NCBI RefSeq assembly: GCF_036971445.1
Contig: NC_091470.1
Span: 348,316,001-348,380,000 of the forward strand
Source: Narcine bancroftii
Lineage: Eukaryota
Direction: 5' to 3'
Length of the DNA stretch: 64,000 nt
The notes under the pieces are model-generated. The model was not told the origin of the DNA. It worked only from the letters and a program-made list of their open reading frames with translations, and did no database searches. Shown here one piece after another: positions 38,495 through 50,377 of this stretch (positions are counted from its first letter, which is position 1; each line of letters opens with the position of its first letter). The position numbers and the translations under genes were made by a program.

Positions 38495-39215
38495 TCTATT
38501 TCAATTTCTTTATTTTTCAATATTTTTATTGGATTTTAAAGAAATAGTGCATAAATAGAAGCCATTATTCAAAGATAATATATAAAAGGAATATACAAAA
38601 AAAGTTAAACAATTAAAAATATTATATTTTAATATAACAGTCAAATAGAAAAAAATGTAATAATTAGAACATATGGCTAATTGAAAAAGACTTTAAAAAG
38701 TAACTATTATACTAAACTTCAAAAAGGAAGGGGGTACAATTTGTAGTAATCTGATAAGTACATATAATTTCATTACCATTAAAAGAAACCATAAACTCAC
38801 AAAGCAAGAACCAAGTGATCTTATAAATTGCAAAGATAATTGATAAAAGGACCCCATAAACTGAGAAAATTTAAAAGCCTTACAATAGAACATCTGATTT
38901 CCCTCCCCCCACCCCACCTCAAAGTTAGGCATGGCATCATATCGTAAAAAGCCATTGAGTATAATAAAGTGGGATAGCATCTTTCCATCTCATCAGTATT
39001 GAACGCCAAGCAATAAGGGAAGCAAAAGAGACCACAAGGGATTGAAACATAGTTAAATTCAAATCAGTTGTCTTAGTTGATCCAAAAACGGATTAAGTAT
39101 CAAATACACATTGAGAACTAAAAGATAAGGTATGAGAGATATCTTCCCAATAAAATGAGAGGAACAAGACCAAAAAGTATGCCACAAAGAACCTTCTTCA
39201 GTCTTACAGCTGTCA
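38495..39215 (-). mobile_element. L1-like 3' fragment
   Basis: tttttattg tail on the left; minus-strand FSQFMGSF/WGPF-like end. Confidence 0.55.
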
Positions 39216-42200
39216 CATTTTGAGGAAATGTAAAAGTAAAATGTAAACTATTTCAATGTAATTTGACTTCTTTACACCTCCCTAAAATCCTGTGCTCCTC
39301 AATCCCCCCCAAGTCAAAGTGCCATATTTCTTTCTTTTCAACACAGAACATTGCAGCACAGCACAGGCCATTCAGCGCACAATGTTGGCCAGCCTATGTA
39401 AACCTACTCCATAACAATCTAATTTTTCACTACCTCACACCCATGACTGACAATTTTTCTTAACTCTATAGGCCTAAGAGTTTAACATTGAATCTTGTAA
39501 ACATCATCAAATATATCAGTTCAAACTGCAAACAAAACCTCATAACCCCCACAATACTAAACTGGAACTTTGGGACAGATAAGCAGAAGAGACGATCCAC
39601 GGGATGGTGAACCACAGCAATGGACCAGCGAGGGGCTCTGAGGCTGAAGAACATGCAGGCGGCGGGCTGTTGGTGACTTAAGGCTATCAACCCACATGGA
39701 CTGCGGGCACCTGTGGTCAAGGTACTCTCACCAAGCTGTGGACTGCTGGAGACAGGCTGAGGAGGGAACAAGGTATCGGAACCAGGCTGCGAGAGGGTGT
39801 CGAGATTACCGAGTTCTTCCTGATTGTGTCAGAGGTTTGGATCTGGAGCTTCATTGCCGATGGCTTGGTCTGAAGGTTGTGTGGCTGCGGAGACGTGGAA
39901 GGTGAATCCACGGACACTCGGTGACTCTGTGGGATTCTCTTTTGCTTCTCTTTCTCTGACTGCAATACTGTGTAATATTACAATTTCTGTTTTATAACAA
40001 TTCAATAAAAGAATCTTGAAACCCTCATCTATATTCCTTGTTCACGATCTCCACTCTTTACAAACTAGCTCATTTGTCTCATGATGAACTCTTGTCTCCT
40101 ATTCAATTTAAATCTTCATGGGTGTTTAACTCTTGTTTGGTAACAATAAAAGATGTCAACAATAATCACTTACCAGAACAGTCTCAAGTCTATTTACTTA
40201 AATTACAACCTTTACACAGGTTAGGTCAGGATTCAATATAATCAAATATATGATCTCGATGCAAGATCCTAAAAATTAATTTTGTAACAATGGTAGCAAA
40301 AACACACACTGTTTGAGCTCAATCTTCCATGCTCGTGACGCTAACAGATTATCATATCAATGTGCTGTGTTTTCTCCAGACATTTCAAGGATATCGCAAG
40401 CTATCCGAAAATAGATACTCTCTCATTTATCTTATTTTAAAGAGATACATCTCAATTTTATCTGAGTTTTTATTCCTATTCATTATTGTTCAGTCAATGA
40501 AAATGCCCCCCCCCAAATTTTTCTTTATACCGCAGCAAATACCTAATGTGCCACAGCACAAGTTACTCCAATGTAAAGATAATGTCACTCTTAGTCAACT
40601 TAATGATCTGTGGAGTCCGTGATGCCACTTCAATCTCATCACCGCAGACTTCTTTACCAAGGTGACTAAAATATCTCCTTTTGTGCTCCCCAAGCTCTAG
40701 AATACCAATCTTCGGATGTTAGCGTAAAGCATTATCAGAGTGCCTCTCACGAAATGCAGAGTGAAGCTGCTTTAATACTTTATTAACAATTAGCCTTGCT
40801 TCATCAGTGGGAAAATAGCCCTCCTCTAGTATTATCATCCCGATTTCCTGCAGCATCCATCTTGTGGTCTCACTGTGTATCCGACTACCAATTATTCTGA
40901 AAAGACAGAAGCCGTTCCTGCAAAACCAGGAAGCAGAAGTCTTCACATCAGTGCAAGGCTTGCTTTGATACCAGGCCAAGACAGTTGACAAAAATGACTT
41001 GATTAGCAGCACCAGCTGGTATTGTACAAACACAGAACAGAACATGACAGAATGATACATTTAGCCCATCATCCCTGTGCCAGTTCTTTGAAACACCGAT
41101 TAAATTAGTCCCAATTGACTGCACTTTCCCGACTGTCTAGAAATTGTACCCTCTTTAAGTGATCACACAATTGACTTTTGAATGTCATTATTAAGTCTTT
41201 TTTTTGGATAGGACATTCCAGATTATTATACGTTCTGTTAAAAACAAATGTCTTTATCTTGCCTCTGGTTCTTTTGTCAGTTTCATCTCCTTTCTGACTC
41301 CTGCAATGAAAACCCTTCATAAATCTGAACATCATTATTCATTCTCCATTTCACTTTTCTCGTAACTGTAATCCAGTTTCGCCCCCCCCCCCCCGCAATT
41401 CCTATAATTGTTCCACATGCCACTGCCATTCCAACACATCTCTCTTGTACCATCTCCAGAGAGTGATGTCCAGCCAATGGGCTGGTCAAGCTTCAGTTAA
41501 ATCACCATTATCATTTATACCTTAACAAACCACAGTCCTTGTGCATTTTAATTAAACCTTCTCAAGTTTTAACTCTTTGCAGTGAGACATGCAATGGATT
41601 CCCTAATTCTACACTATTTAGATTCCTCTACATCTACCAAAATTTCCTCCAACCAAAAAACATATTTCCACATGTTCAAAAGACAATTTCCATTTGTATC
41701 TGCCCTTTACAACTCCCCAAGATTTGGGAACTGTGGCAAAGAGTTAATTCCATACAAAATAAATACTATGTTTGCCTTATTTTAATTTGTAAATTAGTCC
41801 AGTAAAATGTTAGAGGCAAAATACAGGTGCCCAGTCAAAGCTCTTAAGAATCTTTATCTGCATTTTAATGATTCTTCATCCATATTCTTCTTGATAGATC
41901 ATATAAAGTTATGATCCCTAAACTGCCACCTCTCCAAATATCCACTGACCTTACACCATTACCATTTTTATTTTGCTTAAATTTTCCCAAAATCTTACCT
42001 TGCACACTTGGGACAATTGACAGCAGCTAATTAGCCTACCAACCTTGGGAGGAACTGTGGGTTCCTGTTGACACGGTGGGGGGGGGGGGGGGGGGGAATC
42101 ACTCAGATTTCATGCAGACAGCACTGGAAGTCAGAATTGAATTCACTCAGGAGGCTGGAGATGGAAGGTGGCAGCTCGCCAAGCTGCCTCAGACTAATGT

Positions 42201-42729
42201 TCTTTAAACCTGGCCTCATTTTTTTTAAAGTACTGTTCTTGTTCAAATGTAAAAATGTTGGAATTTCAACTGAGCTACCTCACTTTTCAAGGCAAAGTGA
42301 TGCCATCACATGCAATTCCTTGAACAAAAAAGTTGTATCAATTTAAGTATAATTGCAGGACAACCACAGCATAGGGTCATGGAGCTATACAGCATAGAAG
42401 TGGGCTTCTCAGCCCAACTCACTCATGCTGATCACATTGCCGATCTGCACTCATCACATTTGACTGGGCTTTCCCTGTCCATGTACCTGCCCAAATGTCT
42501 TTTAAGTGTCATGTTGGAGGAACGCAAGGCGTTTGCCTGCCACAGTGCACCAGCACTAATCTCCAATGTTTGCTGTTCTCCAGGCTCAGAACGTTGCAAA
42601 AAAAAGGCAAATTTTCTCCACCCTTGGGCTGATAAATTTCTGAATGTTGTGTCGAAGCAAAAGAAGTAACCAACCATCTCATGTGCGTTTAAAATACACT
42701 CAAGAGTAAGTTTCCAGATAACATTAAGC

Positions 42730-43605
42730 TTGTGAGCTGTGAGGAAGATTCCAAGAGATTGCAGGGTGACTAAGACAGGATGGGAGAATGGTCAAATGTA
42801 TGGCAGATGCAGTCTAATTTGACAAATGTGAGGTTATCTACTTTGATGGCAATGCTAGGAAGGTGGATTATCTGAATGGTGAGAAATTAAGAAGAGATGG
42901 AGCGTGATAGTGAGACACGCAAGTCTACAGATACGGTGGTCTTCATAAAAACACAGAAATGCTGGATGAACTTAGCAGGTCTTGCAGTATCCATAGGAGG
43001 TAAAGACAGCAATTCAGGCCTGTGCTCTTCTGCAATGTGACCTGGGTGCCATGGTTCATCAGTCCTCAAAATTGGGATGCTAAAAGCAAACTGATTGGCT
43101 GTTATTGCAAGAGGTTTTGAAAACAGATGTAGTGATGAATTACTGGAGTTGCATTTGGCCTTGGTGAGGCCACACCTTGACTATTGTGCGCAATATTGGT
43201 CAACTAATCAGTTGAAGGACATTTTGCTTTTGAGGGGCTTCACTGGATTGATTCCAGGATGGCAGAACTGATGCATGGGTTATTCTCATAAGAATTTAGA
43301 CAAATTAATTTCTGACAGGTTGGATGCAGGAAAATGTTTCCAATGTAGGGCTATTAGGACTTGGGTTTTAGATTTAGGTCTGAGATGAGGAGAAATGTTT
43401 TCATTTAGAGAGTTGTGACCTTGTAGAACTCCATACCAAAGAATGTTATTGAGGCCAGTTCATTAGATATGTTCTAAAGGAAGTTGAGTGTGGCTCTCAT
43501 GGTTAAAGGAATCAAAGGTTATGGAGTGCAAGCAGTTCATAGGATATTAAAAATGTATGATCAGCCATACATAATGGCCATCTCCTGCACCTACATTCTA
43601 GGTTT
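42730..43605 (+). mobile_element. Decayed CR1 interrupted by a Penelope-like terminus (~42912-43030)
   Basis: aaatgtgaggttatc, gccttggtgaggccacacct and 3' UTR; the insert has aaacacagaaatgctggatgaacttagcaggtc. Confidence 0.75.
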
Positions 43606-44519
43606 CTTAAGAGGCTCAATGTTACTCCTTTCAATTGCTTATCAGGCTACATTTTGAGTACATCATCTCAATGAAGTACCATGGAAGAAGAGCTGTATGG
43701 TTGGAGATGCTCTCTTCCGGATAAAGCAGAGGTAGCCCCTGCCATGTCGGATACTGAATGAATGCAAACATGAAGTCCAAAAAAAAAACCCCACATTACT
43801 GGAGGAACTCAGTGAGTCAGGTTACATCTCCAGAGCAAAAATGGAAAGTTGAACTTTTTGGGTCAAGATTGAATGTGAAAAGGAAAAATAATCAGCAATA
43901 AACGACTGGGTGGAGCAGCAGGTGATTAGTGAATGGAGGAGATGTGAAGGATGATGGACAGAAGGAGCCAGCATCTGCACTCTCTACATCAGCCCAGTAT
44001 CTAATGTACAAAGAAAAACGATGAACACCTGAACAAAACTAATTGTTCATGGACTGTCCTCTGAGCAGTTTGGTTCCTCTGCTCCATCCTTTGCAACAAT
44101 GAGCACTATGAGAGAAGAACATTTTGCAAAGCAAAATTCAGTGGAGGGTGTCAAAGTGAAATCATAACTAGAAAACGGTGCAAATAGAAATGCCGTAAAC
44201 CAATGATCCAGAGAGAAAAAGAATTAGTTCTCCAGGTCAAGGACCTTGATGGATCTGAACTATTGCACTCGTTTTTTTTCTCTCTCCAGTTATGTTGAAT
44301 GACCTCCTGACCCTCCTCCAGCATTTTCTGTTTTTGGACAGTATACTTAATTGTCTTTTTGTAAAAATTTCTAGACATGCGAACAGTATACATTCTGTGT
44401 GATGGAGAAACTGTCATTCAGATAAAAATAATGAAGAGGGGCAGCTTTTCACCTCACTTTCAAGCCATCAGGTCAGAGATCAGAATTCATCATTACTATT
44501 TATGTTTAAATGTGAAAGT

Positions 44520-45220
44520 CGAGGAATGCAGAGGAACAGAGGGATCTTGGAGTTATGGTACAGAGTTCACTGAAGGTGGATTCCCAGGTAGACAGGGTGG
44601 TTAAGAAGGCATATGGTCTGCTGGCCTTCATAAATCATAGCATTGAGTGTAGGAGCTGGGAGGTGATGCTGCAGCTGTTTAAGGCATTGGTGAGGCCAGG
44701 TTTGGAGTACTGTGCTCAGTTCTAGTCTCCAAACTATAGGAAGGATAAAGATAAGGTGGAAATGGTGCAGAGAAGATTTACAAGGATGTTGCCTGGTTTA
44801 CAGCATCTGGATTACAGGGAGAGATTAAGGAGACTGGGACTTCATTTATTGGAACATAGTCGACTGAGAGGGGACTTGATGGATTTAAAATTATGAAAGG
44901 AATAGATAGACTTGACATAAACAGACTCTTTCCCCTGAGGGCAGGAAAGGTTGGAACAAGAGGGAATTAGTTAAGGGTAAGAGGGCAAAACTTTAGGAGA
45001 AATATTAGAGGATGCTTCTTCACTCAGAGTGGTGGCAGAATGGAATGTTCTTCCAAATGAGATAATTGTGGCAGAGTCCCTTCTTTCATTTAAGAGAAGT
45101 GAGGGGGTCGGAGGGATATTGGCAGAGAGCGAGAGGATTGAGCTAGTGGAGTTGTTCTAGTGAACCGGCCCGGACTCGAAAGGCCGACATGGCCTGTTTC
45201 CGCTCTGTAAACGGTTATAT
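44520..45220 (+). mobile_element. CR1 3' portion
   Basis: Similar to 5030-5715. Confidence 0.85.
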
Positions 45221-46159
45221 GGTTAAGACCCTGGCATGTTCTTTGCATCAAATGGCTATTACCACAAAGGAAACCCCTTTCAAGTGTATTGGCCCTAACA
45301 ATACTGAACTTTTGATGGTGGTTCTATTGATAACTATTTCTTTGAGGACCATCTCAGATATTCACATATATGCATTCCAAAAAAGTCAGGAACAAGTTGA
45401 AGGCTGGATGCGACCTCTCCCCCCCACCCCACCCCCCAACCCTCTCCAGGGACAAGGCACAGAAAAGTCCTGAGTTTGGGAGCAAAATGGGCTTGCACCC
45501 GATTCCTCAACCTGACTCCCTGAGGCGACCCCCTTAGTTTCAAATGGAGCAACCAACCAAGCACAAATTTATTATGATGATACAAAGGTGTAGAGTCAAA
45601 CAACATTGAGCCCCCAGAGTACACACCCAGAGTACACACCCACCAACCATCAAGAACTAATTTACATTCATCCTCCATTTATCCCATTTTATTCTCCCCA
45701 CATCCCCATTCAATTCCCCAGGCTCTACCATTCAGCTACACACTGGGGCAATTTGGAGCAGCCTATTAACCATCTAACCCCAATGTCTTTGGGACATGGG
45801 GGGAAACAAAGCACTCAGAAGAGGCCATGATTGATCATAGGCCTCCAGGGCCATGAAGTCACAGCTCTCGCCCCTGCCCTGTTTTCATTCTATATCAAGC
45901 CTCCACCTCCTGTTGAGGCATTTGAGCAGGTGATGTTAAAAAAAATGAGAAGGCTACAAACGAAGAACCTCTGACAGAAAGATTCCAGGTGATAACTGAA
46001 AATAATGCTCACCATATCCCACAAGGACATCATTTTACAAGCACTAGATTTCCTCTTCCTCAACATGATGCTCTTGCTCTATTCTCTATGTAAATACGAG
46101 ACTTGTTTTGGCATTCAGTTTTGATGGAGTTAATTATTCAACAAAATAAAATGTTTGAC

Positions 46160-46640
46160 ACATGAGACAGGGAGAAGAAAATAATTTGCAGAGTTTGTGG
46201 TAATAAACTAAGTGATATTATTGTGGGGATTAAGGATTTGAGGGTTAATAGAATCATCCCAATAATATACCAACTAGAATTAGCATCAAGAAATTAACCA
46301 GAGGTTAAACATAGTTTAATATGGTCATGACTGGAATTCATACCAGGCTCATTTGTGTACCTATAATGGAAATAATCCCTCAGAACCTAGGCCCAGAAGT
46401 CACTGTTTCAAAGTAAAGGATAAGTCATTTTAGGACTTAGATGAAGTGAAATGTCTTCACTCTCAGAGTGGGATGAGCCTTTGGAATTGTCAGTCAGGAG
46501 GTCATGGAAGACCTGGTCACCAACTGCATTGAAAACAGTGCTTTTGAGGTTTAATGTGGAGGAAGAAGATCTTGCCATGATCTTGTTGAATGGTGGAACT
46601 GGCTCTAGCAGCCCATAGAGTATTCCTGCTCTTATCTCTT
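46160..46640 (+). mobile_element. Highly decayed CR1 3' portion
   Basis: gccatgatcttgttgaatggtgg...ttcctgctc 3' UTR. Confidence 0.55.
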
Positions 46641-48728
46641 CTGCTCTTCACTGCTCAACCCTCTGCCTCCCACCCATGACTTCAGAAACCTGTACCAATT
46701 GCAATGATATGTTGTAACACAGTTCCACGTAGCCTCTCTAAGTATAATTGCCGCATTAATTATATTAAATTATTCAGATGAAAGAAATAACTCAGCTGCT
46801 CTCTCCACAGAAACTGGCTGACCAGCTGACTATTTCCCAAATTCTGTGTTTCACAATAATCACAAATGACTTTGGGTAGATCCATACTCTCTGACAACTA
46901 AAGGGGTTTAGTCCCAGGCTCATTTTCAAACAGGTTAATTGATCGAAGCCTTTTCACTTCGCAAACAATAACTGCAAAAATGAAAGCAAATCTTTAAAGT
47001 CATAAGGTGCTGCAGTTATAGATCACCTCATCAATTAATTAATTAATTAATTAGTCAGGTCTAACCTGTACATTATTTGCTATTAGATTGGAAATCCAAT
47101 GCTCCCATTGCAACGCTCCACGTGAAATGGACTAGTTCAGAGGGTGAAAGTACAGAGCAGATTGCTGAGGGGTTAGAATTTCACACATTCATCTCAGTGA
47201 GTTGACCTGTAAATAGAACTTCTTCATTTCTAAATTGATTTTTTTCCCCCTCTTTGGTATGTTGCTTGACCTCAGCTACATTTCCAGTCATTATCTGCAT
47301 GGTTCCATCGTTCCATAGGATGTTTTCTAAATGCAGAAGTTGCTTTCAACATCAGACTTACAATATTCTGCATTCAACAATAACATTTCCCAAATGGCAG
47401 CTTCCACATAAAATCATCTTTATGGCAGATTCAATAAAGTATAAGGCTTCTTCTATTTAGATCAAGTATATAATTAGTGTCTATTAGTGTCAATACCAAA
47501 ACTTGGCCTTTTACAATACAAAAGATGTGATAGAAAAATAATAAATATAAACTTCATAAAATATATGAAAAGTCCAATAAACTGATTTACTTACTTAAGG
47601 ATGTATACAAATATCCTCCTACTAAATAGGATCAATAACATAGATACCTAAACTGGCTTTATAAACAAGCATATTTCACAAAGTAATAATGCCTTTCCAA
47701 TGAATAAATTGATATATATTTTAATTCAACAATATTCACATTTAACTTGCCCTTTAATTATACCATGTAAACAACATGGCGTGACCAACATACATCTCTC
47801 GTGCTGGGCAAACAGACATGAAAGGATAAATGGTTGAGCCATGAACACTAACGAAGAAATGCCATAGTTGTAAGCTGTACGTTGCAGATAATCAGTCTGT
47901 CCTTTGATCATGTACGGCTGGCTGATCGCCAAGTACCACTTCTCCCATTTATTCCAAATGGGGAAAAAAACCAACAAGCTTTGTCTCGACCACATGATGC
48001 CAAACTCTCAATTGATTTGTTTATTGAAACTCAGCATAACAAGAGAGAGAACAAAACCTGCATATGGTACAGCATTTAATGAAGGCTATATTTTAAACAT
48101 CAGCAGGACATATTATAATGAAATAGATCAAGGTCAATTTTGAATGATTGTGAATAAAATTAAATATTGATTTTGCCACAGACTAAATGAATTAAAACAC
48201 TCATGATAACACAAAACAACATGCAGACAAATAAAAAATTTACTTTGACAATCAGTTAGCCCAGAAAATATAGTGGCTACCTTATGCATGTGTGAGCAGA
48301 CAAGAAAGTGTTAGATCCTGGAAGGCTGGATCACAAAATACTCTTGCAATATTTACTCCCAGCTGAAAACATAGGTGGACTTGTCAAAGATGTTTGTGTT
48401 TGACCAATTCATTTGCAACAACTGATTCTCCCCCCCCCCCCCCCCCACAACACACACAAATATGAATTCAGCTTAATAACACTGGCCAGCATCCGGGCAG
48501 GATATTGTAATAAATGCCGATTTGCAATGTATTCCAAGTTGCTGGCGTGCAAAGAGATGCGTCAATTAGAGGGACATGTACATCTTCAACAAGGCAGGCA
48601 GGCTGCAGACCAGCCAGCGGTGCCCCGTCTCTCGCTGCATCCGAGCTGCAAGGGATGCGCACGGCGTTTCACAAATGCAACACCGGGGAGGGTTATTTTA
48701 CAAATATATACAGAGAGAAAGGACTTAC

Positions 48729-48855
48729 CGAATCTGGAGAGAGCTGAGCCAAAATGGCGAACCTGGAGAGTCGGTCACACTTGCATTTTGTACGTGACGA
48801 GTCGATGGGGAACGTCTTGCAGCCGCGACTCGACCAGACCCCATGTACGCCAAGA
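48729..48855 (-). CDS. ADGRB1: ADGRB1/BAI1 coding exon: end of GAIN domain with GPS motif, (x)[42 protein letters not shown]
   Basis: Translation matches the BAI-family GPS pattern W-x3-GC...C-x-CDRLS-x-FAILAQ. Acceptor cattgccag| follows a (CT)n tract; donor TCG|gtaagt. 127 nt, phase 2 to 0, splices in frame to the 27063 exon. Confidence 0.93.
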
Positions 48856-49049
48856 CTGGCAATGCCCGAGAGAGAGAGAGAGAGAGAGGGGGTTGGTGGG
48901 GAGGGGGGGGGGGGGAGCAAAACACACACAGAGCTCTCAGTGCAGGGCCAACCACAAAATCCTCTCCCCACACACATGAGAAAATGCACCCTCTGAGATT
49001 AGGCAAAAGGTTTAACCATTCAGTCCCTCTTCCTCCCCGATGCTCAGCT

Positions 49050-50082
49050 GACAAGTCATCTCTGCCCCCCCCCCCCCCCCCCTCCTCGCAGCAGTGATCC
49101 CATCCCGGACAAGTCATCTCTGCCCCCCTCCCCACAGTAGTGATCCCATCCCGGACAAGTCATCTCTGCCCCCCTCCCCACAGTAGTGATCCCATCCCGG
49201 ACAAGTCATCTCTGCCCCCCTCCCCGCAGCAGCGATCCCATCCCGGACAAGTCATCTCTGCCCCCCTCCCCACAGTAGTGATCCCATCCCGGACAAGTCA
49301 TCTTTCTCCCCCTCCTCGCAGCAGCGATCCCATCCCGGACAAGTCATCTCTGCCCCCCTCCCCGCAGTAGTGATCTCATCCCGGACAAGTCATCTCTGCC
49401 CCCCTCCCCGCAGCAGCGATCCCATCCCGGACAAGTCATCTCTGCCCCCCTCCCCGCAGTAGTGATCTCATCCCGGACAAGTCATCTCTGCCCCCCTCCC
49501 CGCAGTAGTGATCTCATCCCGGACAAGTCATCTCTGCCCCCCTCCCCGCAGTAGTGATCCCATCCCGGACAAGTCATCTCTGCCCCCCTCCCCGCAGCAG
49601 CGATCCCATCCCGGACAAGTCATCTCTGCCCCCCTCCCCGCAGTAGTGATCTCATCCCGGACAAGTCATCTCTGCCCCCCTCCCCGCAGTAGTGATCCCA
49701 TCCCGGACAAGTCATCTCTGCCCCCCTCCCCGCAGCAGCGATCCCATCCCGGACAAGTCATCTCTGCCCCCCTCCCCGCAGTAGTGATCTCATCCCGGAC
49801 AAGTCATCTCTGCCCCCCTCCCCGCAGTAGTGATCCCATCCCGGACAAGTCATCTCTGCCCCCCTCCCCGCAGCAGCGATCCCATCCCGGACAAGTCATC
49901 TCTGCCCCCCTCCCCGCAGCAGCGATCCCATCCCGGACAAGTCATCTCTGCCCCCCTCCCCGCAGCAGCGATCCCATCCCGGACAAGTCATCTCTGCCCC
50001 CCTCCCCACAGTAGCGATCCCATCCCGGACAAGTCATCTCTGCCCCCCTCCCCGCAGCAGCGATCCCATCCCGGACAAGTCA
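49050..50082. repeat. 46-bp minisatellite, ~22 units (gacaagtcatctctgcccccctccccgcagYagYgatcYcatcccg)
   Basis: 21 regular units at 49108-50073, an expanded first unit and a partial last one. Confidence 0.97.
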
Positions 50083-50330
50083 ATAGAAACCCCCTCCCAT
50101 TCACGCCGGATTTGTTTTGTTGCACCGCTACGAGCCAAAATATTGACAGTTTTTAAAAAAAAACCATCTCTGGGAGGCGGCTTATTTACAGGAGTAAATT
50201 GCACTGGTCTCAGAAGCATCGCTCCCTCCAAAGCACATACTCATCCATCCCCGGCCAACGGAACATAGACACAGCACAAACATCAAATTCGCTTGCTACC
50301 TGAGAGGCGAGCTTCAGTTTACTTTTGCCC

Positions 50331-50332
50331 CC

Positions 50333-50373
<41 letters not shown>
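50331..50373. repeat. Compound (CT)n(CA)n microsatellite
   Basis: Seen directly. Confidence 0.9.

Positions 50374-50377
<4 letters not shown>

Noticed and set aside
48720-48765. AAAATGGCG (YY1-like) plus donor read as a non-coding first exon of another gene
   Set aside because: Fully explained by the F-A-I-L codons of the ADGRB1 GPS exon.
48856-48870. Apparently broken acceptor (ctctcgg instead of ctctcag)
   Set aside because: A canonical cag lies 10 nt downstream and gives a 127-nt phase-2 exon, the size and phase I recall for this exon in the BAI family.
49050-50082. Regular repeat as a CRISPR array, and its Pro/Ser-rich ORFs as genes
   Set aside because: Units are head-to-tail with no unique spacers, there are no cas genes, the context is vertebrate, and the ORFs are translations of the repeat.
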